DNA of 64,000 nucleotides from Elsinoe ampelina (Eukaryota), in contig ML992512.1 in the NCBI GenBank assembly GCA_010093995.1, positions 815,831 to 879,830 on the forward strand, written 5' to 3'. The notes under the pieces were generated by a model. That model ran no database searches. It was given only the letters and a program-made list of their open reading frames with translations, and was not told the origin of the DNA. Every line of letters starts with the position of its first letter. Position 1 is the stretch's first letter. The position numbers and the translations under genes were made by a program. Positions 49,101 through 61,854 of this stretch are shown here, in pieces.

Positions 49101-49899
49101 CAATTGTACTGTTGGCATCCTCATTGGCACGCTGCAGCTCGGCAATGCGGGCGTTTTTCTCCTTGCGAAATTTGGTCTGTTCGTCGGATCTGGTCTTGAG
49201 CTCTTGTTCATGCCATTCCACGTTGCGCTTTAAAAGTTCTAGCTCCTGGACGAATCCTTGCTCCTTGAATTTCGCTGTCGATGCCGCATTCTCCAGAGAC
49301 TGGTTCTTGTCCTCGAAATTGGAGACTTCGCGTCGAAGGACCAGTATCTTCTGGTGCTGCTCTGCGAGCTCTTCCGCAAGCTTGTCATGTGCTGTAGACT
49401 TGTTCTCCAGGACGGAAAGCGTCTCTCGATTCGATGACTCCAGACTGGTGATGCGTGCTTGAAGAGTTTCTACAATTGTCGATGAATCGCTGGTGCTAGA
49501 TTTGGCACGATCAATCTCTGATTGAAGCTCGGAGCGAGTGTTCTCTATTTGATCTCAGCAATTAGCACAAATTTGGAGATGCACAAATGTACCTAAAGTG
49601 TTGACAGTCTTCCTCAAAGTCTCCACTTCTTTCTGCGACTTGCTCAATGAGGCCTTTACGGCCTTCGACTTCGCTTCATTGTTGCGAACCGTGTTCTCGA
49701 GTTCGACATCAGCTCGCAGCTTCTCGGCTTTGGCTTCGTCAAACTCTTGCGCTTTTACGGTGAATGTTGCGAGCAGATCTCTCACGAGGTCTGCTGTGGG
49801 CGCGTCTAGCACTGTTTGTAGCTTCTCCTCCTCGATCGCAAAAGATGAAGCGATTACTGCAGTCTCGACGAGAGTGCCTGCCTGCCCACGGGTCCTCAT
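43138..49899 (-). CDS. MLP1: Nuclear basket coiled-coil nucleoporin Mlp1/Tpr; introns 49545-49592 and 44986-45033
   Basis: Coiled coil of more than 2100 aa with AQQSYEDELVKHADAA, LRREKEIIDVQYEL, LNLYRESSATLR and QNIISKYDRVDPAE, plus an RGG-rich tail. The 5' exon splices in frame. Confidence 0.9.
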
Positions 49900-50430
49900 C
49901 TTGGTGGTGAAATGTGTTTAAAGGTCGCGCATAGTGGTCGCGGAGGCAGCTACTGCTTGTAAGAGACCGTGACGGAGCCGAGGTCGGTGCTGTTGAGGCT
50001 GAAATGCTTCGAGCAATGGCTTGCAGAAGTCGAGCTTCGATTTCTCCAGGTCTCAAAGCTGCATGTTCTGGAGACGCGTTCCTGCCGAATGCGGCTCGAG
50101 AGTCATGCGCCGTAACCCTAATCCGGCTGCTTGACACGTGCACAGTTGCTTTGTCCGACAACGACTCACAATGTTCATCTCTTCCTCACCTCTTCCACGA
50201 ACTGTACACGGATCTTTCTCTAAGAATTCTCACTACAACGCTGCTGTGAAGCACTTCTTCCACGAATCTTTCTTGGAAGCTCTGACATCGCTTCTGAGAG
50301 CCATGCAAGAGGGATGATTAGCTGAGCGAAGCCTTCTTCGCCTGTGCTCACAGTGGCGCCAGCTTCTCACTACCACAATCTATCGACCTGAGCTTCTTCC
50401 TTCAAAGCCCTTCCAAGCTCTCATATCAAA

Positions 50431-51147
50431 ATGGCAACACTCAAGCGCAAGATGGGCGATCCGCCCATCATTGTGCACGAGGTCAGCTCTGGTCGCGAAA
50501 TCATGACACAAGTAGTCTATGCCATCGATTATTTGAAGGACAAGGACAAACCTATCGCATTTGGAGACATCTGGCAATACTTGTCTATTCCACAGGATCA
50601 GCAACGGCATCGACCGGCTCTCCTCAAGGCACTCATGTCCCACCCAAAAGTCGAGCACATGCCTAACAAGCAAGGTGGGCAGCACATGTTCCGATTCAAG
50701 CCAATGCACAATGTGCGAAATGGCGATGAGCTCGTGGCATATCTACAAGGCCAGAAGACTGCACAAGGTATCAGTGTCAAGGAGCTCAAGGATGGATGGA
50801 GTGATGCTACGCAGGTAATCGAAGGTCTCGAGAAGAAGGGGACTTTGTTGGTTACGCACAACAAGAAGGATAACACTCCAAAGATGGTATGGCTGAATGA
50901 CACATCTCTTTCGATGAAAGTCGACGATGATTTCAAGCTGTTCTGGACGAATTTACGGTTGCCGACCAATGACGGTGATATTCGATCTGAGCTCGAAAGG
51001 GCCGGATTGACTCCTACGAGCCAAGTCAAGGAGACCATTAAGTTGGGTCCTCAGAAGAAGGAGAAACGGCGGATCAACAGGAAGGCCGGAAGGAGCACCA
51101 ACACTCATATGAACGGTATTCTCAAGGATTATTCTTTCAAGAAATAG
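50431..51147 (+). CDS. TFA2: Transcription initiation factor TFIIE beta subunit
   Basis: TQVVYAIDYLK, FRFKPMHNVRN, GISVKELKDGW, PKMVWLND and TNTHMNGILKDY. Confidence 0.9.
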   Translation: MATLKRKMGDPPIIVHEVSSGREIMTQVVYAIDYLKDKDKPIAFGDIWQYLSIPQDQQRHRPALLKALMSHPKVEHMPNKQGGQHMFRFKPMHNVRNGDELVAYLQGQKTAQGISVKELKDGWSDATQVIEGLEKKGTLLVTHNKKDNTPKMVWLNDTSLSMKVDDDFKLFWTNLRLPTNDGDIRSELERAGLTPTSQVKETIKLGPQKKEKRRINRKAGRSTNTHMNGILKDYSFKK

Positions 51148-51655
51148 CATCTTTGCATGCGGCTATCGGTTGATATTGAAATATCATGCTGGGATGTCGG
51201 CTGTTACGCGCCAGGGGACTCCGTAAATTCTCGTAATCCAGTCGCTATTTCCAACTTGCTCCTGTGATTACATGCTGTGACCAATTCCTATTTTGTGAAG
51301 GTCCAGCCTGGAGCACCAAAGCGGCCGTGTTGTTGGTCCTCGGCAAAGAAGGCCGTTAGGTAGGTGCACGGTACACTTGGCTATGACGGCGATGCTGTGC
51401 TCCAACCAAACTTTCGCGAGCATCTTGTTTCGACCAGCTACTCTTACACGTTCCTTCATCTTAGCATTATCGATTCTTGCGGAGCAATTTCGAGCGACAA
51501 GCAGCAATCACATTCATTTCCGGCAGAGATCGAGATCAATGACGGACATTTCCCCTTGATCGAGCAAGACAAACACAATCACTCTCGGGCATAGACCCAG
51601 CACTGCGAGACAATTCATTCCACCTGTTAGCATCGAAGACGCGACGAACGCCGAA

Positions 51656-53159
51656 ATGGATAGCAAAAGCAGGGGACACACCGGAGGCGTCTCCATGAAG
51701 CACCTCACATTACTGCTGGTATGTCACATAGCGTGCGGGTGTTGGAATACCACTGACTCTCGAGCAGCTCACCTTTCAGAACTCGGCCTTGATTCTTGTA
51801 AGTGCCCCCAATTCTAGCTGTAGCCTTTTCTCCAAGCTGACCTTCCTACAGATCATGCATTATTCTCGTGTCATGCCGCCAGTCGGAGGACACCGCTACT
51901 TCACTTCAACGGCAGTCTTACTCAACGAGGTCATCAAGCTGGGCATATCCTTGACCATGGCCCTTGGCGAGACTTCCAAGACAATGTCAGCATCCACGCC
52001 AGCAACAACACTGTTCGCTGAGCTCTTCGGCCAGATCTTCACAGGCGACAGCTGGAAATTAGCCGTACCGGCCATGCTCTACACTTTACAAAATTCGCTG
52101 CAGTACATTGCAGTGGGCAACCTTGACGCGGCGACCTTTCAAGTAACATATCAGCTCAAAATTCTAGCGACGGCATTCTTCAGTGTGATCCTCTTGAAGC
52201 GAGACATCAGTCTACGGAAATGGCTCTCACTGGTTTTATTAATGGTGGGAGTTGTGGTGGTACAGATACCAGGTACGGAAACAATACCGACCATGAAAGA
52301 GCTACGAGAAGGTCACACTGGCTGGCACCTACCTCGATCAATGGAGGAACTGCGAGACTCTGGAAGCGTCGCTGCTGGTCAGCTGCTTTCCAAGCGCTCC
52401 GCGACGTACGAGGGTATTGAGGAGGACTTCAAGATGCACAATCCGCAGCTCAATGCCTCGGTCGGTTTGGCGGCAGCCATTTTCGCATGCGTACTCTCTG
52501 GTTTGGCTGGAGTTTATTTCGAAAAAGTACTCAAGGAGTCTGGAACGCATGTCTCTGTCTGGGTCCGCAATGTCCAGCTATCCTTCTACTCGCTTTTCCC
52601 CGCGCTGTTCATCGGAGTCATGTTCAAAGATGGCGCGGATATTTCCAAGTACGGTTTCTTGGTTGGTTATAATTGGGTCGTATGGACCGCCGTGGCTTTC
52701 CAAGCGGTAGGCGGCGTCATTGTTTCGCTGGTCGTCAATTACGCCGACAACATTGCAAAGAATTTTGCGACAAGCATCAGTATTATTATCAGTCTGCTGG
52801 TCAGCGTCATCTTCTTCGACTTCAAGATAACTCTCACGGTCGGTTCTCTACACATTTCAACGCGGTTCATGCTTACAAAATTTTAGTATGTCGTCGGTAC
52901 TGCAATCGTGCTTGGAGCAACTTACCTTTACACCATACCCGACAATCTCCGACCTTCAAAGATCTCGTCGGCTCAGTACGAAAAGTCAACCTTACGAGCC
53001 GATGGGTCGTACTTTGACGTTGAGAAAACCAACATGGCTAGACTTGAGACGCCCCGAGTTCAGGGCCTCACATCTAGTCGGCCGACCACACCCACGTTCG
53101 AGCGCCGACATGGTCAGACCAAATCTGCAGAATTACGATTTACGAAACGGGATGAGTAG
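51656..53159 (+). CDS. Golgi UDP-galactose / nucleotide-sugar transporter (SLC35A/Gms1-like); introns 51719-51767, 51798-51851 and 52839-52886
   Basis: LTFQNSALILIMHYSR, LYTLQNSLQY, FQVTYQLKILATA, GVYFEKVLK, WVRNVQL and YADNIAKNFATSISI. Confidence 0.9.
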
Positions 53160-53538
53160 AGGGAATGCTGGTAGGAGTTCACTGTGGCATTAAAGATACC
53201 CCTGTATTTCTGGCACTGTATTATGATCACTTGTCCATGATTGTTCTTGTATCCCTCGCTACGTGATCAGTGATCTTATGCATGATCAGGGACTGACATT
53301 CATATTGCTGACATAGGAAAGTAGGCAGCAAAGTGGGTCCCGAGCTTCCACGCGAGCACTCAAGTCGACACGAGCAACATTTTTCCAGGACCACCCACAG
53401 CTTACAGCGACCGAGAAGCATGGCCCGACAACCTTGAAAAGCCAGGATCATGAGCGATAGTCATCAACAGACATTCTAAATAGCTTCTCGACGCCAACAA
53501 CCTGGAATGTGACCCCTCTGACGCAGCGATCAAGAAGG

Positions 53539-56500
53539 ATGTCACAATACAGCAGGCAATGGGCATATGGCCAGGATATCACTGACAGCGGTCCTGAGTA
53601 CTCGACAATCGACGAATACGGTACGAGCAAAAAGATCCCCGTGTCAGTGGAGTAATGACTGATGAGACCTCCGCAGACCGAAGATTACATGCTCAGAACG
53701 ACTACTACGATGACCGATCTCAACAACTTCCAAGGACGACCCGAGTGTCTTTACCGACTAGATCGTATCATTCGACTCATCCTCAGTCCATCGAGCAATC
53801 TCCTCATTTCGTTGCCGCATCTCTGCCCCTCGACAGGTCGTTAGGTGTTCGTCGGCGTGCACTGATGACCCCAAGCATTCCCAGCTCGTCCGTCGAGGAG
53901 GTCAACACTTCCAGTCCCAACTATGGCGCCGGCCACGCCATCACGAAGAAGCGTAAATACGATCATCCGACTTCACATCAGTCGCAGAGTATGTCGACGC
54001 CTGTTGTACGAGGCATCCCACTGCACTCTCCTCATGAGCTGCCCGACAGATTCAAGGCGATATTCCCGTACGAGTATTTCAATGCTGTACAATCTAGATG
54101 CTTCGCAACACTTTATCAGTCTGACGGCAACTTCGTCTTGTCTGCCCCCACTGGGAGTGGGAAGACCGTCGCATTCGAGCTTGCGATCTGCAGACTGATA
54201 TCTCAACAACCTGACCTGGATTTCAAGATTGTCTACATGGCACCAACCAAAGCACTGTGCACGGAGCGCACTAGAGACTGGCAGAGGAAGTTCTCGACTT
54301 TACCCATCAACGTCGAAGAAGTCACAGGCGACACCGCGAGCGGAACCCTGCAATTGGTCAAGAATGCTCATGTTATCGTCACAACATCAGAGAGGTGGGA
54401 TTCTCTCACAAGGAAATGGAAAGACCACGAAAAGCTGGTCCGCCTTATCCGGCTTTTACTGATCGACGAGGTGCACATCCTGGGCCAAAACAGAGGGGCT
54501 ACACTCGAGGCTGTGGTTTCGCGAATGAAGTCAGTGGGATCCAATATACGCTTTGTAGCGGTCAGCGCGACTGTCCCTAATGTCCAAGACCTTGCTATCT
54601 GGCTCGGACGGGACCAAGACCATCCATCTACACCAGCTGCCTTGGAAAAGTTCGGAGAGGATTTTCGTCCCGTCCGGCTGAAGAAACATGTCATTGGCTA
54701 CGATTTGAGGACGTCGAATGACTTCCAATTCGATGCTGCAATGACAAAGAAGTAAGGTCATTACGGTCATCATCGTGGTTTGATTTGCTGATCATCTAGT
54801 ATTCCGAACGTGATCCAAAAGTACTCGAAGGGTAAGCCTGTCATGATATTCTGCATGACACGGAAGTCATGTGGCAGCACTGCCAACCAACTTGCGGAAT
54901 GGTATGTACGTTGCAAGGAGGGGGAGAAGCCATGGACGATCGATGGGCGGCCGGTGTTTGTGGGTGACAGGGACTTGCAAGGTGTGTTGTGACCTGCGTC
55001 ATCATCATCGTGACCACTGAGCAGGAATAGCAACATTGCACGCTGGAGTCGCGATTCACCACGCCGCACTTTCCGCCGAGGACAGGTCTGCCATCGAGAG
55101 CGGCTATCTCGCTGGCTCGATCAAAGTCATTTGCTGTACCACTACCCTGGCTGTTGGGATCAATCTTCCATGTCACATGGTCGTCGTCAAAGGTACGGCG
55201 ACCATCGCGGACGGTGGCAAGTTGACACGAGAGCTTTCTGATATGGACATACTGCAGATGATGGGTCGCGCCGGAAGACCACAATTTGATACCGATGCGA
55301 TTGCCGTCATCATGACCAAGACAGATAGAGCAGCTGTCTACGACAGGATGGTCAATTGCCAGGAGATACTGGAGAGTCGGTACGCAAAGTCTGAGTCAAG
55401 CATTGTCTAAAGACTGACAAGCCCAGTCTCCATGTCAATCTCATTGAGCACCTTAACGCAGAGATAGGGCTTGGGACGATCCAGGACTTCCCAAGCGCCA
55501 TCAGCTGGCTCTCCAGCACTTTCTTGTATGTCCGACTGAAAGTCAATCCTGACCACTACCAGCTCAGAGATTGCGTACATACGACGTATCAGGAATCTCT
55601 GGACGACATCTGCCGTACAGCACTCGACCTGCTCGAGACGAATGATCTGATCGATGTTGATAAGGATTCTGTTCAACAGAACGACTTTGGGGCAGCCATG
55701 GCCCGGTACTACATCTCTTTCGAGACGATGAAATCGGTCGTGACCATAGCTCCCCAACCAAAGATATCAGAGCTCGTTCGTCAACCCCCCTGCTTTGTCC
55801 TGCAGTATAATTGACGAGGTTTAGCTTTCGATCTTGTGTAGCGCGCATGATCTCGGAGACATACGCTTCCGTGCAAAGGAGAAGCAGCTCTTCAAGCAAG
55901 TCAACGAGTCGTCTTCTATCAAGTTCCCGATCAAAGTCAATCTCTCGCAGCAGTCCCAGAAGGTATCTCTGATCATCCAGGCTGTCCTCGGTGGGCTGGA
56001 GCTCCTCGCGCAGGATGATTCCTACAGATTTGCATTCGGCGCCGAGAAAAATAAGGTCTTTGAGCTTGGACGACGGCTCATCCGATGTATCATCGACTGC
56101 CAAATCTCAAAAGGAGACGCCGTCGGCATTCGAAACTCGCTGTTCTTGGCTCGAAGCCTCGGCGCAGAAGTCTGGGACGACTTGTCTTTGTACCTCCAGC
56201 AGTTGCAAAACATCGGACCCGTCAGTGTTAGGAAGCTCGTCGGTGCCAATATCAGAAACGTCGAGGAAATCATTGCATGCCCGCCAGCAAAGATCGAAAT
56301 GGCCTTGGGAAGGAACCCACCCTTCGGCATCAAGTTTATTGAGCAAGCTAAAACCTTCCCAAGGCTGAAGCTTGCTCTGCACCAACTCGGACAGCCGGTA
56401 TGGGTTTGCATCGAAGGGCGTACGACAGCGCTGACGATTGGCAGATTCTCAAATCTGGCGAGTTCCCGGTCGTCAAATTAAAAGCAGAAATATCATTCGC

Positions 56501-58152
56501 CAACGAGAAGCCACTAACGCACTATCTGAAGCAGCCTATCTATATCACGTTTTTGGCGGAATGCTCGGATGGCAGGAAAGTTGATTTTGTCAAGATCAGG
56601 TTTGTGTTTCGTCGTGCAGACAAGGACAAGTAATGACCTTGAGACAGCGCACACAAGATCGGACGGGGCATGGACAAGATGTTCGAAGCATCATTCTCAG
56701 CTACCGGGCAGTCAGTAAGATGCTCCATCGCCTGCGAAGAGATAGGTATGTCAGTTCTGGCCAGACTGAGGTGCCGCGCTGAATTGTCTAGCTGGGACAC
56801 TAGTCGAAGCTGGTATGAAACCGGACGTACCAGTATCTGCGTTTCGTGGACTCAATCAGCCTGTCCTGACAACTGGTCTCACCGCGCCGCCGGGACCCAC
56901 TAAGCTTGCAGGAGGCGGGGCGGAAATACGATCTCGAGAACATTCGGGTCAAACGTACGTCACTCAGAGTACCGACTGGGGCGACGACAATATTGCGGAC
57001 GCCGAGCTTGCCGCCATGGACTTGCATGAAGGGTTTCAGGACATTGACGAGATTGACGCTCATCCGGGACAGACCTCATCGGGAAAGCATGGCGTCGCAG
57101 ATCAAGGAAGATTCGATACCATCTCCAACGACGAGTACAGACCTGTGAAGCTTCCAAATGGCAATTGGAGATGCAACCACACGTGCAAGAATAAGACCGC
57201 CTGTAACCACAAATGCTGCATCGACGGACTTGCGAAGCCTCCACGACCTCCGAAAGCAAGGAAGGAAAAGGCATCAAAGCAGGGCAAAGAGGCTGATGTG
57301 AAGACCGCGAAGAAGAAGGGTCAAACGCAGCTTACCTTTCAATCCAGTCCCGATAAAGCACAGCCCAAGTACGACGAGGGTCACCCAGAGCAAGTCGACC
57401 TCACGCAGACCGACAGGGCTTTACATCAGCAAGGTCAGATCAGACCTCCCAAGCAGACCCCAAGCATTGGAAGGCTTCAAAACCTACATAACTCCACTGG
57501 CACCACTGGTGTTGTGGCTTCTTCGAGACTTCCTCTGAGGTCTGCAGCTCAGCATCATCCTCGATTCACTGCGGCTATACATGTTGCCGAAGACATATCA
57601 GACTTCGAAGATTTCGACGAGGAAGAATTGAACTATCTCGATGTCACAGCGGACACATTGAAGCCGAACAAAACTGTCGAAGCTGCAAAAGCCCTGTCTC
57701 CAATCGACGATGAGCCACCTCTGGAGTCTAGCAGCGGCCTGTTCATGTCTTCGACCATGCCGGGGGCCACAAATGAAGCCTTTCTGGATTCGGACGATGA
57801 GATGCTCGATGCTGCGCTGATTGGAGCCGAAGACTCCTTCAACCTGAGCAGTCCTCGAAGAGAGAAGAGCGTCACTGCCGAAGCACTCCCGGATGGCCAG
57901 CCGACTTCGTATCAGGAACCGGCCGTACACTCAACTTGGCTCGACGAGGATAGCGCAATGGGGCTTGCTCACGATCAGCTAAGCCACTACGGCACTTCCC
58001 ACCACGATGAAACTAACAAGGAAACACAAACTGGGGGACTCATGGCAGCTGTGTCGACTGAGGTTGCGCCAGAAGATCGAGATGCCACCGAGAGAGAAGA
58101 GCTGAAGAAGTTCTTGTGGCAGGAGTTTGGAGATAGCGTCGAGCTGATCTGA
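53539..58152 (+). CDS. MER3: Meiotic DNA helicase Mer3/HFM1; introns 53621-53676, 54752-54799, 54982-55030, 55380-55426, 55776-55824, 56398-56444, 56600-56647 and 56746-56791
   Basis: APTGSGKT, DEVH, SAT, TLAVGINLP, QMMGRAGRPQFD, Sec63-like region and C-terminal CNHTCKNKTACNHKCC. All eight splices keep the frame. The start codon is uncertain. Confidence 0.9.
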
Positions 58153-58778
58153 AGTGATGTGCGGCACACTTGCTGGAATAATGATTGAGGTACATGTATG
58201 TATACTTGCAAAGTCATGTTTATAGAAATGATGTAGCTTTTTCGATCAGCGCAGGCCATAGCTTCTGGCTTCCCCAGAAATTTCCCCACGCGTGAAACTT
58301 TTCCAAGTGAGGAGAAGTTGCCCACAATTGGTATCGGGTCCTGTGAACCACGTGAACGGCAATGAGCTTGAGGACATTGGAGCATGCAATCGGGTAGACG
58401 TTTCAGTTCTATGTGCATAGGATACCTCTACTGGGGAAAGACTCAGACAAGCTGCGGACACACGGCATGTTGGTCCCATCAATATGCATCGAGGGACAAG
58501 ACGGCGTCGGGGATTCTTCCCAAAGAGGCAATTCCGCAATGCTCTGACGATGCATTTCAAAAGCCGACGACATTTTTCTGGAGCTCATTGATGAGATTGA
58601 CTGCATGAGCGGGTGAGGTAGCTCTGCACAGGATACAATATCTGAACACTTGCTAGAGTATTTCCATCTCTTCCTTGCCATCTGACGTTTCAATCATTTT
58701 TCAACACGTCTGCAGCTGATCTCCGGAACATTCTCACCACATCCCCTGAACTCGCCAACACTCTCATCCGCCGGAACC

Positions 58779-59920
58779 ATGACCCAGGGCGGAGTTCGCA
58801 AGCTGCAAGTAGCCATCGCAGGCCTCGGCCGCATGGGCGCTCGCCATGCTCTCCACTTCCTCGAACGCGTCCCCCGCGCCCAACTCGTCGCCGCCTTCAC
58901 GCCCGACGCCAACGAGCGTGCCTGGGCCGCCACCCGGCTAGCTCCCTGGGGCGTCAAGCTCTACGACGACTACGACGAGATGCTCAAGCACTCCGGCCTC
59001 GAAGCCGTCGTGGTGGCGACCGTCACCACCGTCCACGCCGAACAAGCCATCAAAGCCATCGAGGCCGGCCTGCACGTCCTCTGCGAAAAACCCCTCTCCA
59101 CATCCATCGAGCTCGTAAGCCACCTGCCCCTCCCCCTCCGCCTCCTCAGTCTTCCCACCCCGCTGACCTCCCTCCCCAGTCCCAATCCGTAGTCACCGCC
59201 GCCCGCCGCCGGCCCCAACAAAAAGTCCTCTGCGGCTTCTCCCGCCGCTTCGACGCCTCGTACCGGGACGCCTTCGCCCGCACCTCGGACGGACACATCG
59301 GCCGCCCCTCGGTCTTCCGCAGCCAAACATGCGACAAACTCGACCCGTCGGGCTTCTTCGTGGCCTACGCCGCTTTCTCGGGCGGCATCTTCGTCGACTG
59401 CTCCATCCACGACATCGACCTGGCACTGTGGTTCTTCGGCCCGGAATCGAGGGTCAAGTCCGTGTCCGCGGTGGGCATCACGGCCGTCCAGCCCGGGCTG
59501 AGGCAGCACGGGGACGTGGACAACGCCGTGGGCATAGTCGAGTTTTGGGAGGGGAGGATCGCGTATTTTTACGCGAGCAGGATGATGGCCGCCGGCCAGC
59601 ACGACATGACGGAGATTATCGGCACCGAGGGCAAGATCACGGTGAATGCGAATCCGCAGACGAATCTGGTGGAGCTGTCCGAGGCGACGGGCGTCAGGAG
59701 GGAGATCCCCCCTGATTACTACGGGAGGTTCGGCGAGGCGTTCGTCACCGAGGCGAATGAGTTTACGGCCGCGTGTTTGGATGGGACGGAGTTGCCGTTC
59801 AAGTTGTCGGGCGCGGTCAGGGCGGTGCAGATTGGTGTGGCGTTGCAGGAGAGTCTGAGGAGTGGGACCAAGATTTTCTTTGATGAGACGGGGAAGAGGG
59901 TGGAGCAGGCCAAGTTGTAG
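58779..59920 (+). CDS. Gfo/Idh/MocA oxidoreductase (inositol 2-dehydrogenase-like); intron 59115-59179
   Basis: AGLGRMG, HVLCEKP, CGFSRRFD and SGGIFVDCSIHDID. Confidence 0.9.
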
Positions 59921-60016
59921 TAGAGATAAAATGTCACGGTAGATATAGAGACTTGGCAAGTGTATGGATTGGGTATTGATGTCATGTCTTCATGTCTTCC
60001 TTTCGAGCTGTCCTTG

Positions 60017-60898
60017 CTACCGGCTTTCCGACTCGCTTATCACCAGTCGTTGTGCCAGTCGTCTCGAGAACTCGTCCTCTATTGCTTCCCTCTGCACTTG
60101 GTCGTATCCCGGCGGTGGCTCGTCTGGTGGTGTGAAGATCTGTTGCTCGTCTCTGCTCTGAACCCCGGTTGTGTTGCCTCCGCTAGCTGTCCCGTTGGCT
60201 TGCGCGGCTTGAGCCAGCTCGCCGGCCGGCTGTACTCCAGCGGCAGGAACTTGGACATGAGCCCCGGGCACTTGTCTGGCCTCTTCGTACCGGGGTAGAT
60301 CTTCTAGCACCACCTCGACTCCTTCCATCACGCCTGGTCCTCTGCCTCTTCCTTGTTCTACCCCGCCTTCTGTGCCGAGACCTTGTCCTCTTTCCCTCGC
60401 CATCTCCACAGCCTGAACTACCCGTTCTCGGACCCTCTCGTATCGTGTCTGGAAGTCATATGCGCCTCCGTCCTTGAATGTGACCTTTACTTCCAACGGC
60501 TGGTTTGGTAGGTTTCCGCCTTGTACGGGTTTGACCACTGCCGACCAGACATTCGGGCCTATCCATGGTGCAGATACATGCGAGTCTTGTAGATTTAGTA
60601 GAGGTGATGAGAAGGACTGCAACTGAGGTGTCGGGGACGAGGGGAGGTAGATGACTCTTTTGCTTGTGAGATACAGGACGCCCATCGACGAGGAGACTGT
60701 GAAAGGTTGCTGAGCAGGGAATTTGCCCACTGTGCCGACTGAGAAAGACGTCCGTGTGGGAGAGGCGTAGACAGTCTGTTCGCCTGGCAGAGGAAGGAAG
60801 GGTTGAGAAGGGGAGGGGCTCGGTGGGAGCATGACCCAACTGACTGATGTTAGCGGATGATCCGGTGCGAGTACGGGATGGACCTGCTTGATAGACAT
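60017..60898 (-). CDS. WW-domain-binding protein 2-like (PH-GRAM domain plus PY motifs); probable GC-AG intron 60840-60887
   Basis: Spliced MSINWVML, PFLPLPGE, LYLTSKRVIY, APWIGPNVW, FKDGGAYDF, LPRY and PPPGY. Confidence 0.85.
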   Translation of the reverse strand: MSIKQVHPVLAPDHPLTSVSWVMLPPSPSPSQPFLPLPGEQTVYASPTRTSFSVGTVGKFPAQQPFTVSSSMGVLYLTSKRVIYLPSSPTPQLQSFSSPLLNLQDSHVSAPWIGPNVWSAVVKPVQGGNLPNQPLEVKVTFKDGGAYDFQTRYERVRERVVQAVEMARERGQGLGTEGGVEQGRGRGPGVMEGVEVVLEDLPRYEEARQVPGAHVQVPAAGVQPAGELAQAAQANGTASGGNTTGVQSRDEQQIFTPPDEPPPGYDQVQREAIEDEFSRRLAQRLVISESESR

Positions 60899-61724
60899 GA
60901 TGGGTGACGGAGGGCACTTGGCCCGAAAAGATGAGTGGAAAGCTCAGAGACGAGATGGTGTATTGCTTCGCAAGGTGGTGGTTGAGGGAGCCTGTGCGGC
61001 TTGCGACGGGCGATGCTCTGCGATGTTCCGGGAGCCTTGTTCGAATGCGATGTGGTTTTACAGTGGAGGACAGTCTCTGTTATCGCAGTGTAGGTCTCGC
61101 AGAAGAGGAAATGGTATGTAGCCTGAACTCGTGTGTAACCCCAGAAAGCTTGAAGAAGTCGAGCTTGTGATTGAATGATCTGTCACTGGTCAAAGCCAAA
61201 TTGCAAATCAAATGAACCTAGAGTCAAAGAACTCGCGAGAACAAAAAGTCGTCATCGACCCGCGGCAATGCCAAGAGCGTAAGGTCTTCATCCTCGAGTA
61301 GCCGACGACGTGGTTTTGCAACTTCGACTATGCATGTTATATACACTCTCAAGGTCGTTGCTGATAACAAAAGCCAAAGAATACTACCTCAAGCGTGGTT
61401 CTCTGTGCTGCTGTTGGGTACAAATGCATAGAGGAAACACGGCGATAGGGCTTCGGCAATTGAAGGTGGAGCGGCATCTTGCCCCGCTGTGGCCTTGCTT
61501 TGTCCGCAAGAGTCAAGGACATGCAAAGCTCGAGGGCTCCTGTCTTCTGACAACCATCTTTCGTTCTGATGCTGACCATCGTGTAATTCAGCATGTCAGT
61601 AACCCCAACCAACGACCTGCAGAAGCCAAGCTCAAATGATCGTCGTTCATGGCAGATCGTCCACGAGGCTGATCCCCTCGGTCTCGGAATGAGGGGTGAC
61701 GGCCAAGGCCAACCTTTTGCTCGA

Positions 61725-61733
61725 GGCTAATAA
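61725..61733 (+). promoter_or_regulatory. GGCTAATAA, candidate XlnR/Xyr1-type site upstream of the AA12-like gene
   Basis: Exact GGCTAA core ~125 bp upstream of the ATG at 61855. Confidence 0.35.
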
Positions 61734-61854
61734 AACAAGGTAGGGAAGAGCTTCGCCACGACGGCTGTCTATCATCGTTGATCGCTTCGTATTTCTGTTC
61801 TACAAGATTCAGTCCCACTTTCTTTCACATCACTACCTGAGTGAGCACGTCGAT

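Noticed and set aside
50113..50121. TAACCCTAA telomere-like/Tbf1-like motif in the MLP1/TFA2 divergent promoter
   Set aside because: A single 9-mer is not distinguishable from chance and is not an interstitial telomere array.
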